From an uncultured bacterium (GTDB lineage Bacteria; Patescibacteriota; Minisyncoccia; Phycocordibacterales; Phycocordibacteraceae): a stretch of 64,000 nt of DNA. Both the position numbers and the translations under genes were made by a program. Below, piece after piece: positions 1 to 10,041 of this stretch (within the stretch, counting starts at the first letter, position 1; every line of letters begins with the position of its first letter). The notes under the pieces were generated by a model. It saw only the letters and a program-made list of their open reading frames with translations, searched no databases and had not been told where the DNA came from. Location of the stretch: positions 18,821-82,820 of the forward strand of contig CAIJZI010000005.1 of the NCBI GenBank assembly GCA_903825105.1. The letters are read 5' to 3'.

Positions 1-42
1 TTACCCTCGGGGTTAAAACGGCTATAAAAGAAAAAGAAAACA

Positions 43-555
43 TTGTTTCCGATCATTTGTCAGAACAGTTGTGGCTCCGTAATCATTAATTACGCTATGA
101 ATACACCAAAATCTTTTCCTATTATGATCAAGCGAGATGGTGGATTTACACTAATAATTGCACTCTTTTCCCTTGCTCTTTTTTTTACTCTTGCTACTGC
201 TTATTTAAACACTGTCATCGGCTCTGCACAGACTGGTCGGCACAATATAGAAAATGCACAGGCATTCGCTCTCGCAGAAGGAGGGGTCGATAAGGCGATT
301 TCTCAATTGGACCAAAATGATGATTACCGCGGCGAAGAAAACACGAGACTCTCACCCGGAGCATTCACTATCACAATTTCCGTTATCGATAGTTCTTCAA
401 GAGAGGTAACAGTAACTGGATTCGTACCAAACAACATAAACTCAACAGCGACGAGAACAGTCAAGGTTCTGGTAAAACAGATTTCTGAAAAAAAGAAGAC
501 TGACCCTACTACTTATTGGATGTTTGTTCCCGGAAGTTATGTGATACTGCGCTAA
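43..555 (+). CDS. PilX-like / minor pilin-type protein
   Basis: RDGGFTLIIALF hydrophobic N-terminus followed by AQAFALAEGGVDKAI, typical of PilX N-terminal domains; true start probably downstream of 43. Confidence 0.6.
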   Translation: MFPIICQNSCGSVIINYAMNTPKSFPIMIKRDGGFTLIIALFSLALFFTLATAYLNTVIGSAQTGRHNIENAQAFALAEGGVDKAISQLDQNDDYRGEENTRLSPGAFTITISVIDSSSREVTVTGFVPNNINSTATRTVKVLVKQISEKKKTDPTTYWMFVPGSYVILR

Positions 556-578
556 TCTTATTTTGCTATACTGAAAGA

Positions 579-1322
579 ATGATTATTGTTGCCAATTGGA
601 AAGCTTATATAGATGATTTTGAAAAGGCAAAGAAGCTCTTCGCGATCAGTAAAAGGATTGCTCGTGCATCAAAAAATAAAATAATTCTGGCGATACCAGC
701 ACCTTTTATCGGCGCGTTCGCTGTTAAAAATAAAACAAAAGTCGCCTTTTCTGCACAAGATGTTTCTTTAACGACCGGAGGCGCCTCAACAGGGGAGATA
801 ACTGCCCAGGCGTATTCTGCTGTTGGAGCAACATACGCAATCATAGGACATTCTGAACGCCGCCGGGCGGGCGACGATTATTCTGTCGTCGCGAATAAAC
901 TCGCGCACGCTATTACACACGGACTCACGCCGATTCTTTGTGTTGGCGAACAAGAACGCGATAGTGAAGGAAAATATTTATCATCGGTGCGAGAACAGAT
1001 CGTTACCGCTCTTGAACCACTCACACAAAAAGAGCGAACAGAAATTATAGTCGCGTATGAGCCTATTTGGGCGATCGGCATAGACCCGACCGGCGTTATC
1101 GCCCCAAATGATCTCACTGAAATGGTTTTGTATATTAGAAAAGTGCTTGCGGAACTTCTGCCAGGGAAAAGTTCTGCCCATTCTCTCGTTCTCTACGGAG
1201 GTTCGGTAGAGCAGGGGGGCATTAGAGCTCTCGCGGCTAATTCTGGTGTGGACGGATTTCTCGTGGGGCGCAGTTCAGTCGACCCCCACACTTTTTCAGC
1301 ATTGGTAAAACAGCTCGACTAA
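579..1322 (+). CDS. tpiA: Triosephosphate isomerase
   Basis: VANWK, IIGHSERR, AYEPIWAIG and LYGGSV motifs; start moved to ATG 579, 6 nt after TATACT. Confidence 0.97.
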   Translation: MIIVANWKAYIDDFEKAKKLFAISKRIARASKNKIILAIPAPFIGAFAVKNKTKVAFSAQDVSLTTGGASTGEITAQAYSAVGATYAIIGHSERRRAGDDYSVVANKLAHAITHGLTPILCVGEQERDSEGKYLSSVREQIVTALEPLTQKERTEIIVAYEPIWAIGIDPTGVIAPNDLTEMVLYIRKVLAELLPGKSSAHSLVLYGGSVEQGGIRALAANSGVDGFLVGRSSVDPHTFSALVKQLD

Positions 1323-1323
1323 T

Positions 1324-2400
1324 ATGCGCAGTGTTCGCGACATAAAATTGTTTGAGAATATCCCGATACTCGTACGAGCACCTCTGAATGTGCCCGTAGA
1401 AAATGGCGTCGTTACTAATGATTATCGACTTCGTCGCGCATTACCGACCATCAAATTTCTTTCAGAAAAAGGCGCGCGCGTTATTCTTATAGGTCATATC
1501 GGAGAAAAAGGGACGGAGACTCTGGCTCCTGTCGCTGATGCTTTAAGTAAATTAATTTCTGGTGTTTCCTTTTTCCCAGAGACGATTGGCGAGCGAGCGC
1601 GTGCGGCGATACGCGATTTGGTACCGGGGAATATTCTCGTCCTCGAAAATTTGCGTCGAAATAGTGGCGAGAAAAATAATGATAAAAACTTTGCGAGAGA
1701 ATTGGCGGGGTTGGGAGATATTTTTGTTCAAGATTCTTTTGACACTTGCCACCGGACGCACGCATCGATTGTTGGTGTTCCAGAGATTTTACCTTCATAC
1801 GCTGGCCTTCTTCTCGAAGAAGAGGTGCGTGAATTAACGAGTGCGCTCAAGCCAAAATCTCCATCGCTCGCGGTTATCGGCGGTGCGAAATTTTCTACCA
1901 AAGAGCCGGTGCTGGAGAAATTATTAGAAATATATGACAAAGTCTTTGTCGGCGGCGCGCTCGCAAACGACTTTTTAAAAGCTCACGGGACTGATGTTAA
2001 AAAATCGCTCGTGTCTAATGCAGGCCAAGAAGCAATTAAAAAAATACTTTCGAATAAAAAACTGGTTTTGCCGATTGATTTTGTTATGAAAGATGAAATG
2101 ATTCTTGATTCTGGCGTAGGAACTTCTGCACTCTTAAATGATTTGGCGAAAAAAGCGAAGACGATTATCTGGAATGGCCCGCTCGGTAATTATGAAAATG
2201 GTTTTGTCGGCGCGACCAATGCATTCGCACAGTCAGTCGCGAATTCAAAAGCTCATTCGATTATCGGGGGAGGGGACACAATTGCGGCAATAGAACAATT
2301 GGGAATTATGTCTGACTTTTCATTCGTATCGACGGGTGGTGGCGCGATGCTCAACTTCCTCGCGCAGGGGACATTGCCCGGCATCAAAGCACTCAATTAA
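1324..2400 (+). CDS. pgk: Phosphoglycerate kinase
   Basis: LNVP, LENLR, IGGAK, IIWNGPLG, GGGDT and STGGGA motifs. Confidence 0.97.
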   Translation: MRSVRDIKLFENIPILVRAPLNVPVENGVVTNDYRLRRALPTIKFLSEKGARVILIGHIGEKGTETLAPVADALSKLISGVSFFPETIGERARAAIRDLVPGNILVLENLRRNSGEKNNDKNFARELAGLGDIFVQDSFDTCHRTHASIVGVPEILPSYAGLLLEEEVRELTSALKPKSPSLAVIGGAKFSTKEPVLEKLLEIYDKVFVGGALANDFLKAHGTDVKKSLVSNAGQEAIKKILSNKKLVLPIDFVMKDEMILDSGVGTSALLNDLAKKAKTIIWNGPLGNYENGFVGATNAFAQSVANSKAHSIIGGGDTIAAIEQLGIMSDFSFVSTGGGAMLNFLAQGTLPGIKALN

Positions 2401-2460
2401 TTTAAGAATATAAAGATTTAAATATATAAATTAAATATAAAAATGAGTGGGTAAAAGCAA

Positions 2461-2491
2461 AACCCGCGGCGCGCATGCGCGCCGCGGGGTT
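2461..2491. terminator. GC-rich hairpin between convergent pgk and accessory gene
   Basis: CCCGCGGCGCGC-AT-GCGCGCCGCGGG inverted repeat. Confidence 0.75.
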
Positions 2492-2504
2492 GTTGATTAA
2501 AAGA

Positions 2505-2966
2505 TCAGGTGGTTTTTGCTCGTGACAGTCGCCGTTTGGCGAGCTTTTGGTAGATCAGAATGACCCCACCGAAGACAACGCCGAGTCCGAGTGGCAAGTT
2601 GGCGAGGAAGTTGAGCAGCCAATTGCGCCACGGATTCGGCTCTTCGATTGAATCAAATGCCGACATCCCCACAACAACGAATGTGACTGCTATTAAACTG
2701 CCGGCAAGGACTCTTGCCATATCATGTGCACAAATCAGCGCAACCATTGCGAGCGCAGCGCTGAAACCACACAAGATTCTTTCAACCTTCTTGTTTTCAT
2801 CCCTTGTTAAAAGAGACGCACATACGCCGCCAAGCGCAGATATTACAATCGCGGTGATCATCGCAGCGTCCAAGTCTCTTAAAAAGAGATAGTACGCTAC
2901 TGCAATGACCACAATTTGGAAGAAGAAAATTCCGCACACCCACTTCCAGTTTCTCAATTCAATCAT
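2505..2966 (-). CDS. Uncharacterised multi-pass membrane protein, paralog of 38227..38673
   Basis: Start MIELRNWK at 2966 with AAGGAG SD and TTGACT promoter; several hydrophobic helices. Confidence 0.7.
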   Translation of the reverse strand: MIELRNWKWVCGIFFFQIVVIAVAYYLFLRDLDAAMITAIVISALGGVCASLLTRDENKKVERILCGFSAALAMVALICAHDMARVLAGSLIAVTFVVVGMSAFDSIEEPNPWRNWLLNFLANLPLGLGVVFGGVILIYQKLAKRRLSRAKTT

Positions 2967-3025
2967 TTTGAACTCCTTCTTTGGTACAAACTTCCGATAG
3001 AATACTATGCCAATTCCTAAAAAAG

Positions 3026-3439
3026 TCAAACAATTTTCTCTCGAATCTTTTCTGCTATTTCTGAGGCAGAGGTTGGAGTAGGGCAGTCCGTCTCGGGCCA
3101 AAATTCGAATTCGTTTCGCGCGTGGCGTGGAATAATATGGAAGTGGAGGTGGTGAACGACTTGTCCGGCCGCCTCGCCGTGATTTGAGTTGATGTGAACG
3201 CCGTGCGCGCCAACAGCATCGCGTACTGCAGGAGAAATCTTTCGTACGGTTCTCATTATTGCCGAGAGCGTCTCGTCGTCTATGTCAAAAATATTTTCAA
3301 AAGGTTTTTTCGGTATGACGAGTGTGTGCCCGAGAGCTATTGGCTTAATATCAAGAAAAGCGAGCGTCTGAGCATCTTCATACACAATGTCAGCCGGTAT
3401 CTCGCGCTTAACAATCTTCATAAAAACGGTATCCTCCAT
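3026..3439 (-). CDS. HIT family nucleotide hydrolase
   Basis: FLDIKP, GHTLVIPK and AGQVVHHLHFHIIPR histidine triad. Confidence 0.95.
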   Translation of the reverse strand: MEDTVFMKIVKREIPADIVYEDAQTLAFLDIKPIALGHTLVIPKKPFENIFDIDDETLSAIMRTVRKISPAVRDAVGAHGVHINSNHGEAAGQVVHHLHFHIIPRHARNEFEFWPETDCPTPTSASEIAEKIREKIV

Positions 3440-3483
3440 TGCATTTAATTCTACAACCTATAACCTACTCTCTACAAGCTCCT

Positions 3484-5202
3484 ATGTTTCCGCTTCACGA
3501 CTCACTTGATAAAAATCTTCGAGAAGAATTGTCAGCATATGACGACTTAACTTCTGCACTCCTCGCGAGGCGTGGCATTTTAAAAAAAGAAGAGGCAGAA
3601 AAATTTTTGAATCCTTCGTACGATCTGCATCTCCACGATCCTTTTTTAATGACAGACATGAGAAAAGCTGCAGAGAGATTCGCCGATGCGATTTTAAAAG
3701 GGGAGAGGATCGCCGTGTGGAGCGACTATGACTGCGACGGTGTCCCGGGCGCCGTTATCCTCCACGATTTTCTTAAAAAGGTTGACGCGAATTTTGAAAT
3801 ATATATTCCGCATCGCCACGATGAAGGGTATGGGATGAATGTTGAGGGGATAGAAAAGCTTGCTTCAAATAAGGTAAAACTTATTGTCACCGTCGATTCT
3901 GGGATCACCGATCACGAGCCCGTCTCGCGTGCAAAAGAATTAGGGATTGATGTGATTATTACCGACCATCATTTACCTAAAGAAACATTGCCTGATGCAT
4001 ATGCCATTGTGAATCCGAATGCCAGAGCAGATGAAAAATATCCCTTCCATGAACTCTGTGGTTCTGGCGTCGCGTGGAAATTGGTGTGTGCTGTTCTTTT
4101 TATTTCTCCAACACTCCGAGAAAAAGCTCCGCTTGGTTGGGAGAAATGGCTACTTGATATGGTCGGGCTCGCGACCATTGCCGACATGGTCTCACTCACA
4201 GGAGAAAATCGCGTGCTCGCTACATATGGATTAAAAGTGCTGCGGAAGTCGCCACGAATTGGATTCCAAAAATTGTGTAAAGTGATGCGTGTGAATCAGC
4301 GCCAAATTACCGAAGATGATGTCGGCTTTATGATCGCGCCGCGCGTGAATGCTGCGAGCCGTATGGGTGACGCGTTTGATGCTTTTAAAATGTTTATCAC
4401 TAACGATGAGGGAGAGGCTGAGCTACTCGCGAGTAAATTAGAAAAAATAAATAAACAAAGAAAGGTTGAAGCGGGCGTCATCACGCGCGCCGTGCATACA
4501 AAGTTAAAAGAAAAAAGTGAAATAAGAAATGTCATTGCACTCGGTGATCCGGAGTGGCGGCCAGCACTTCTCGGGCTCGTCGCGGGAACCATCGCAGACG
4601 AATATGAGCGGCCTGTATTTTTATGGGGAAGGGAAGGCAACAATACTTTTAAAGGGTCGGTGCGGAGCGGGAGTGTGCACGCACTCGAGCTGATGCAGGC
4701 AGCTGAAAAAACTTTTGTTGAATTCGGCGGTCACTCAGCAGCCGGCGGTTTCACTGTGCGAGATGACGCGATATTTTTTCTCGAAGATAAATTAGTTGAA
4801 GCATATGAGCGCCTTCCAAAAAAAGAAGAGGTGGATGATATTTCTAATTATGCTGATGCAGTGATCACTCCTGAAGAAGCGAATGAATCATTTTTAAAAA
4901 AGATTGAGAAGCTGTCTCCATTTGGTATGCAAAATGCGAAGCCCGTGTTCCTGCTCCGCGAGATTGTCGTGAGAGAGATTTCACGCTTTGGAAAAGGGAA
5001 GGAACATTTAAAATTAAAAATCAGTTCGCGAGATAAAAATAATAAAATTGATGCGGTCACCTTTTTTGTAAAAGGGAATATTGCGCGCACCATTGAGACT
5101 ATTCAACCAAACGGCGTCGCGACCATTCTCGCGCATCTCGAGCGCGACACCTTCAGCTATGGCAACCCCGTCCGCTTGCGCCTTTTGGATATCAAACTAT
5201 AG
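3484..5202 (+). CDS. recJ: Single-stranded-DNA exonuclease RecJ
   Basis: DYDCDG, TVDSG, TDHH, PRVNAASR and GGHSAAGG DHH/DHHA1 motifs. Confidence 0.95.
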   Translation: MFPLHDSLDKNLREELSAYDDLTSALLARRGILKKEEAEKFLNPSYDLHLHDPFLMTDMRKAAERFADAILKGERIAVWSDYDCDGVPGAVILHDFLKKVDANFEIYIPHRHDEGYGMNVEGIEKLASNKVKLIVTVDSGITDHEPVSRAKELGIDVIITDHHLPKETLPDAYAIVNPNARADEKYPFHELCGSGVAWKLVCAVLFISPTLREKAPLGWEKWLLDMVGLATIADMVSLTGENRVLATYGLKVLRKSPRIGFQKLCKVMRVNQRQITEDDVGFMIAPRVNAASRMGDAFDAFKMFITNDEGEAELLASKLEKINKQRKVEAGVITRAVHTKLKEKSEIRNVIALGDPEWRPALLGLVAGTIADEYERPVFLWGREGNNTFKGSVRSGSVHALELMQAAEKTFVEFGGHSAAGGFTVRDDAIFFLEDKLVEAYERLPKKEEVDDISNYADAVITPEEANESFLKKIEKLSPFGMQNAKPVFLLREIVVREISRFGKGKEHLKLKISSRDKNNKIDAVTFFVKGNIARTIETIQPNGVATILAHLERDTFSYGNPVRLRLLDIKL

Positions 5203-5209
5203 TTAATTT

Positions 5210-5632
5210 ATGAATTTTACTATCAATGCCGACGGGGGATCGAGAGGTAATCCGGGAGCTTCAGGAGTTGGCGCGACGATTCGCGATGAGTCAAATACCA
5301 TTGTCGCGACGGTCTCAAAATTTCTTGGCACGCACACCAACAATTTTGCTGAATATGAATCCGTCATTCTCGCTTTTGCAGAGCTCTCAAAAATTGTTCC
5401 GGTTGGGAAAAGAGGCGAGACAAAAGTGATAGTGAAGATGGACAGCGAACTTGTTGTGAAGCAAATGCGTGGCGAGTACAAAGTAAAAAATGCGGATTTA
5501 AAAGAGCAGTACGCACGACTTCTACAAAACATCGGCGCATTCGGGAATGTTTCATTCACTCATGTGCGACGCGAATTAAATAGCGACGCCGACGCGCTCG
5601 CAAACGAAGCGATGGATCGCGGCGCGCATTAG
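5210..5632 (+). CDS. rnhA: Ribonuclease HI family protein
   Basis: DGGSRGNPG, TNNFAEY, DSELVVKQ and NSDADALAN motifs. Confidence 0.92.
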   Translation: MNFTINADGGSRGNPGASGVGATIRDESNTIVATVSKFLGTHTNNFAEYESVILAFAELSKIVPVGKRGETKVIVKMDSELVVKQMRGEYKVKNADLKEQYARLLQNIGAFGNVSFTHVRRELNSDADALANEAMDRGAH

Positions 5633-5666
5633 TTTCACACGAAGGTACTTTAAATGATTCACAAAG

Positions 5667-5693
5667 AAAGCCACCACAATCCGTGGCGGCTTT
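5667..5693. terminator. Hairpin between convergent genes
   Basis: AAAGCCACCAC..GTGGCGGCTTT. Confidence 0.6.
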
Positions 5694-5702
5694 TAAATCG
5701 GT

Positions 5703-6020
5703 TCAAGCGCATTCGCTGAGAGCTTCTTCTTTTTTTCGTTCTTCCTCAAGTCCCTCAACGATCTTGCGATCTTCTTCTTCACTCGGCGCGAAACAGTCCG
5801 GGAAATGCTTGAACTTCTCATAGAAATGTTTGTCGTTCACAAATATTTCGCGGACATATTCATCTCCCGAAGCGATCGAATCAATGCAGTAATCGCAGTG
5901 ATAGGTGCGTTGAGCGACAAACGATTTGGTGGTGCGCAAGAAACGCCAATACAATCTTCGCAGTTTCCTTCGCTTCTTTTCTTCCTCTTTTTTGAACTGC
6001 TGCAAATCAACAACAGCCAT
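5703..6020 (-). CDS. Small hypothetical protein, putative Zn-binding
   Basis: CDYC..H..C; GGAGG SD 7 nt upstream. Confidence 0.6.
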   Translation of the reverse strand: MAVVDLQQFKKEEEKKRRKLRRLYWRFLRTTKSFVAQRTYHCDYCIDSIASGDEYVREIFVNDKHFYEKFKHFPDCFAPSEEEDRKIVEGLEEERKKEEALSECA

Positions 6021-6094
6021 CGCAGACCTCCAAAAGATCCCTCAGATCGGGATAATAGCACAAAAGAATTTTGAGTTCTTGCTACCATAGTTTC

Positions 6095-7693
6095 ATGAGG
6101 TTTTTGATTTCTGTCGTCCTTGGATTTGCGAGTGGAATATTTTTGCGCTCGATTTTTATTTTTTCTTGGCCGGTCATTTTGTTTTCACTTCTTCTCGCGA
6201 TTTTATTTTTAACAGCTGCGTTTTTAAAATCGCGCCTTGCGTACACGCTTGGCGCGGTTTTTTGTTTGTTCATAGTTTTCGGAATATTGCGCGCGCAGAC
6301 TGCCGACACGCCACTCCCAAAATCTTTTGCGAGCGAATTACATCATCGTGTTTCGTATGAAGGCGTTGTTGTTTCTGATCCTGACATTCGCGATGCGAAT
6401 CAACGCTTTGAAGTGTCTGTTACAAAAAATGATGCGACAACAAAAATTCTTATTTCTACTCTGCGCACAAAAACAATTTCTGTTGGCGATAAAGTAGAGG
6501 TATCTGGAGTTCTTTTGGTTCCACAAAATTTTTCAACTGATGGTGGCCCTCCTTCGCTTGGCTTCGGCGGGACAAGTAGAGTTTTTAATTATGAAAAATA
6601 TTTACAGCGTGACGGTGTGCGATTCATTATCAATTTTGCTTCAGTAAGTGTTTTACAAAAAGCGCCATGGTATTCAATCTCATCTGCGCTCGCAAAAATA
6701 AAACATTTATTTTTAAATGGACTTTCTGCAACACTGCCCGAGCCGTATGCATCGCTCGCTGGCGGTGTCGTGATAGGAGGGAAGACCGGCCTCGGCACTG
6801 ATTTACAAAATGCATTTATAAAAAGTGGGCTGGTGCAGATCGTTGTTCTCTCTGGATACAATGTGATGATTATAGCCGAGTGGGTGATGGCGCTCCTCGC
6901 ACACACGAAACTTTCTCGCCGGTGGAGCTCGGTCGCTGGCGTGCTCGCGATTATTATTTTTGTCGGCATCGCCGGAGCGTCAGCGACCGCGATTCGTGCG
7001 TCACTTATGGCATTCATCGCGCTCTACGCGCGAGCTACAGGGAAGTCATACGCAGCGGGCCGTGCGCTTCTTCTCGCAGTCTTTCTTATGCTTATTTGGA
7101 ATCCACTTTATCTAGCCTATGATCCAGGATTTGGATTATCGGTAGCGGCGACAGCAGGAATTATTTGGCTCGCACCAGTTATTGAATCGTGGCTCGGTGA
7201 GTGGAGAAAGATTTTTCAGAGTATGCCAAGTGCAGCGAAGCGAAACGCTCTGAAAAATTTTTATCCCGAACAAGAGCCTTCTTTTTGGATAAACACAATC
7301 GCGACAACAATCGCTGCACAAATCGCTGTTCTTCCACTTCTGCTTTATGACACCGGCAATCTTTCATTCGTCGCCATTCCAGCAAATGTGCTCACGATGC
7401 CAATGGTCCCACTTGCGATGGGTCTCTCCGCGCTCGCCGGTTTCGCGGGAATTATTTTTTCAAATATTGTTCCGCTTGTTGGAATTATTTTTGCATTCCC
7501 TGCGTATGTCGCGAATGCGTATCTTATTTTCATCGCAGAAAAATCTGCGTCCCTGCCATTCGCAGCATTCACCCTTCCTGCGTTTCCGTTTTGGCTTGTA
7601 CTCGTCGTTTATGCGGCACTTATTTTCATAGCGTCGTCAAAACGCTTTTCGACGACAGACCAGTCCAAGTTTTCAAAAAAGGCGTCAATATAA
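6095..7693 (+). CDS. comEC: ComEC/Rec2 competence channel (membrane part)
   Basis: SGLVQIVVLSGYNV, ATAIRASLM and DPGFGLSVAAT Competence-domain motifs; start at ATG 6095. Confidence 0.92.
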   Translation: MRFLISVVLGFASGIFLRSIFIFSWPVILFSLLLAILFLTAAFLKSRLAYTLGAVFCLFIVFGILRAQTADTPLPKSFASELHHRVSYEGVVVSDPDIRDANQRFEVSVTKNDATTKILISTLRTKTISVGDKVEVSGVLLVPQNFSTDGGPPSLGFGGTSRVFNYEKYLQRDGVRFIINFASVSVLQKAPWYSISSALAKIKHLFLNGLSATLPEPYASLAGGVVIGGKTGLGTDLQNAFIKSGLVQIVVLSGYNVMIIAEWVMALLAHTKLSRRWSSVAGVLAIIIFVGIAGASATAIRASLMAFIALYARATGKSYAAGRALLLAVFLMLIWNPLYLAYDPGFGLSVAATAGIIWLAPVIESWLGEWRKIFQSMPSAAKRNALKNFYPEQEPSFWINTIATTIAAQIAVLPLLLYDTGNLSFVAIPANVLTMPMVPLAMGLSALAGFAGIIFSNIVPLVGIIFAFPAYVANAYLIFIAEKSASLPFAAFTLPAFPFWLVLVVYAALIFIASSKRFSTTDQSKFSKKASI

Positions 7694-8127
7694 TTTTTCT
7701 TTTCTGCGGGAACATAATCAACCATATACGCATGCTCCCAAAGATCGAGGGCGAGGATAATCGGCAGTCCAGAAAGTTGACCGAGCTCGTGGTCATTCAC
7801 GAAAAGAGTATGCGTCGTATTCATCACTTTGTCATAATAGACAACAACCCAACCGGTGCCACGCGTACCAGCCACTTCTTTTATTTTTGTAATTAATTCT
7901 TGTCTCTCTGTTTTTGGGGCTACAGCCCCGCTCTCAAGCTCTTCAAAATAATATTCATGCATACGCATCCCGTCGAACTCAAAAGCAAATCGATTTGCAC
8001 TATTATTTTCTAACAATAAATTTATATTTTTTACATATCCTTCATAGAGCGCGAGATGCACCTTAATCTGTTCTTCTGAAATTCCTTTTAAAACCGGCAG
8101 ATTGAATGTTTTTGGTATGTAGGTCAT
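7609..8127 (-). CDS. Fe/Mn superoxide dismutase family protein
   Basis: MHEYYF, GTGWVV and LALDLWEHAYMVDY; 3' end overlaps comEC 3' end by about 85 bp. Confidence 0.88.
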   Translation of the reverse strand: MTYIPKTFNLPVLKGISEEQIKVHLALYEGYVKNINLLLENNSANRFAFEFDGMRMHEYYFEELESGAVAPKTERQELITKIKEVAGTRGTGWVVVYYDKVMNTTHTLFVNDHELGQLSGLPIILALDLWEHAYMVDYVPAEKKNYIDAFFENLDWSVVEKRFDDAMKISAA

Positions 8128-8156
8128 AGGTTGTAAATTTACCATATAATTTATAG

Positions 8157-8666
8157 ATGCAGCGATTACCGAAAATTTTCTATACGGTCCTTATTTTAAT
8201 ACTCATCGCGGCAAACATTTGTGTCTACCAAACTATTTTTACTCCTCACACGCTTCAAATCTCTGTACTTAATGTTGGAAAGGGGAATTCAGTTCTTATT
8301 CGCACGCCAAATAAAAAGACTATCCTTATAGACACCGGCCCAGACGCGAGCATCTTACGCGCGCTTGGCACGACACTCCCCGAATGGCAGCGAACTATCG
8401 ACATTATTATTCTCACGGGAACCAAATCAAACTTCACGGGCGGTCTGCCCGAGGTTCAGAATAAATATCACACACCAACTCATATTTATTTTGGCACTCC
8501 AGCTTTCCCATATGGCTCACAAATTTCTCTTGATTCTGTTTCTATAAAAATAATTGCCCCCGCGACTCTCACCATCTCTTTCGGCTCTGCTTCACTCCAA
8601 ATCTCATCCTCCACACCAAAGGGCGTGTATGCACCAGACGGGAAGGGAATTATTAAAAAGAATTAG
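8157..8666 (+). CDS. Truncated ComEC-type metallo-beta-lactamase-fold protein
   Basis: LNVGKGNSVLIRTP and ILIDTGPD; the HxHxDH motif is replaced by TGTKSNF. Confidence 0.75.
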   Translation: MQRLPKIFYTVLILILIAANICVYQTIFTPHTLQISVLNVGKGNSVLIRTPNKKTILIDTGPDASILRALGTTLPEWQRTIDIIILTGTKSNFTGGLPEVQNKYHTPTHIYFGTPAFPYGSQISLDSVSIKIIAPATLTISFGSASLQISSSTPKGVYAPDGKGIIKKN

Positions 8667-8689
8667 GCGCTCCCTTACGGGAGCGCCTA
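8664..8689. terminator. Bidirectional hairpin
   Basis: TAGGCGCTCCC-TTAC-GGGAGCGCCTA. Confidence 0.7.
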
Positions 8690-8736
8690 TGCTGCTATTT
8701 CCTTTTCTTACTTACCCAGTAGGTGATTGTGCTCAA

Positions 8737-8979
8737 TCAAATAACCTTCGCTTTTTTGAGTGCTGCAAATGCGCCGTTTTTCTTGATTGTTTTAAGCCCC
8801 TTCACCGAGACATTGAGGATGACGGTCTTGCCGATTTCTGCGACATAGACACGGCGTTTCTGGATATTCGCCTTTCTGCGGACCTTGCCGGTCGGGTTGA
8901 ATTGGGTCGCGCGGGTACGATTAGAATACCGCCCGCCGATTTGCGTGCTCTTTCCGGTTATTGCGCAGGTGCGTGCCAT
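8737..8979 (-). CDS. rpmB: 50S ribosomal protein L28
   Basis: MARTCAITGK..RRKANIQKRR..LNVSVKGLKTI. Confidence 0.93.
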   Translation of the reverse strand: MARTCAITGKSTQIGGRYSNRTRATQFNPTGKVRRKANIQKRRVYVAEIGKTVILNVSVKGLKTIKKNGAFAALKKAKVI

Positions 8980-9017
8980 AGTTGCCCTATGGTAGCATAC
9001 GATACGATAGACGCAAT

Positions 9018-9668
9018 ATGACCACCGCCATTACCCTCATTATCCTTATTCTTTCCGTCATTATGCACGAAGTGGCGCACGGCTATGCCGCGAATTCGCT
9101 TGGCGACCCAACAGCCCGTCTCGCTGGCCGTTTGACTCTCAATCCGATCCCACACATTGATCTCATGGGCTCTATTATTATTCCTGGCCTCCTTGTTTTA
9201 ACGGGCTCGCCAATGCTCTTCGGCTGGGCGAAGCCGGTGCAGTATAATCCATACAATCTTCGCAATCATCGCTGGGGAGAATTTTTTGTTGCTGTCGCTG
9301 GAGCGTGTACAAATATCTCTCTTGCTATTATTTTTGGACTTATTGTTCGTTTTGGCTCGACTGCACTCGCCACAGGTGGCTCTACTATATTCTCGCCAAC
9401 GGCTATTTCTCTCGCTGCGACAATTGCCTTTATAAATCTTTTCCTCGGCATATTTAATCTCATCCCTTTTCCACCGCTCGACGGCTTCACCGCGCTTCGC
9501 TCGGCACTCCCGTGGCGCTTTTCTATCAGTTTTGCTAAATTCGAACACTCTATTCGTAGTATGGGCGTTATTTCTCTTATTCTTTTCTTATTCATCTTCT
9601 CATTTATCTTATCTGGGCCATTCTTCGCTTTTGTTTCTTGGATATTCAGATTTATAACTGGTGTATAG
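9018..9668 (+). CDS. Site-2 protease (M50) family
   Basis: HEVAHG, GDPTARLAGRLTLNP and FNLIPFPPLDG. Confidence 0.93.
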   Translation: MTTAITLIILILSVIMHEVAHGYAANSLGDPTARLAGRLTLNPIPHIDLMGSIIIPGLLVLTGSPMLFGWAKPVQYNPYNLRNHRWGEFFVAVAGACTNISLAIIFGLIVRFGSTALATGGSTIFSPTAISLAATIAFINLFLGIFNLIPFPPLDGFTALRSALPWRFSISFAKFEHSIRSMGVISLILFLFIFSFILSGPFFAFVSWIFRFITGV

Positions 9669-9737
9669 ATACACCGGATTGCAATTTTAAGAAAATATTA
9701 TATTGTCTATATTAGATACTTGATTGGAGGTGGCCCG

Positions 9738-9911
9738 ATGCGCTTGTGCAAGATGTGTGGAAGGCACATTTTTATCGAAATAGTAGAAAAAAGTGGTAAA
9801 AAGCATTTGCTCAAAGAAGAAAATGGGCACGATCTCTGTAAAAGATGTTGGCGCGCGCTAAGAAACAAAACACGAGATAAGCCAGAAGAAACCAGACTAG
9901 AAAACCCTTGA
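9738..9911 (+). CDS. Small CxxC..CxxC protein
   Basis: MRLCKMCG..LCKRCW; GGAGGT SD; downstream hairpin. Confidence 0.5.
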   Translation: MRLCKMCGRHIFIEIVEKSGKKHLLKEENGHDLCKRCWRALRNKTRDKPEETRLENP

Positions 9912-9953
9912 GAAGCCGCACTTACTATCGCGGGCACTTCTCAAGGGTTTTTA
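9901..9953 (+). terminator. Long hairpin with T-tract
   Basis: AAAACCCTTGAGAAG..CTTCTCAAGGGTTTT. Confidence 0.7.
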
Positions 9954-10041
9954 TTTTTAATAAAAATATCACGCATATTTTGTTACTGCGTACACACATA
10001 CTCGACAGCACGACGAGGCGTCGACTGCTATACTATAAGTG

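Noticed and set aside
3451-3482. Degenerate heptamer repeat CTACAAC/CTATAAC/CTACTCT/CTACAAG between HIT and recJ
   Set aside because: Only four imperfect units; no supportable function.
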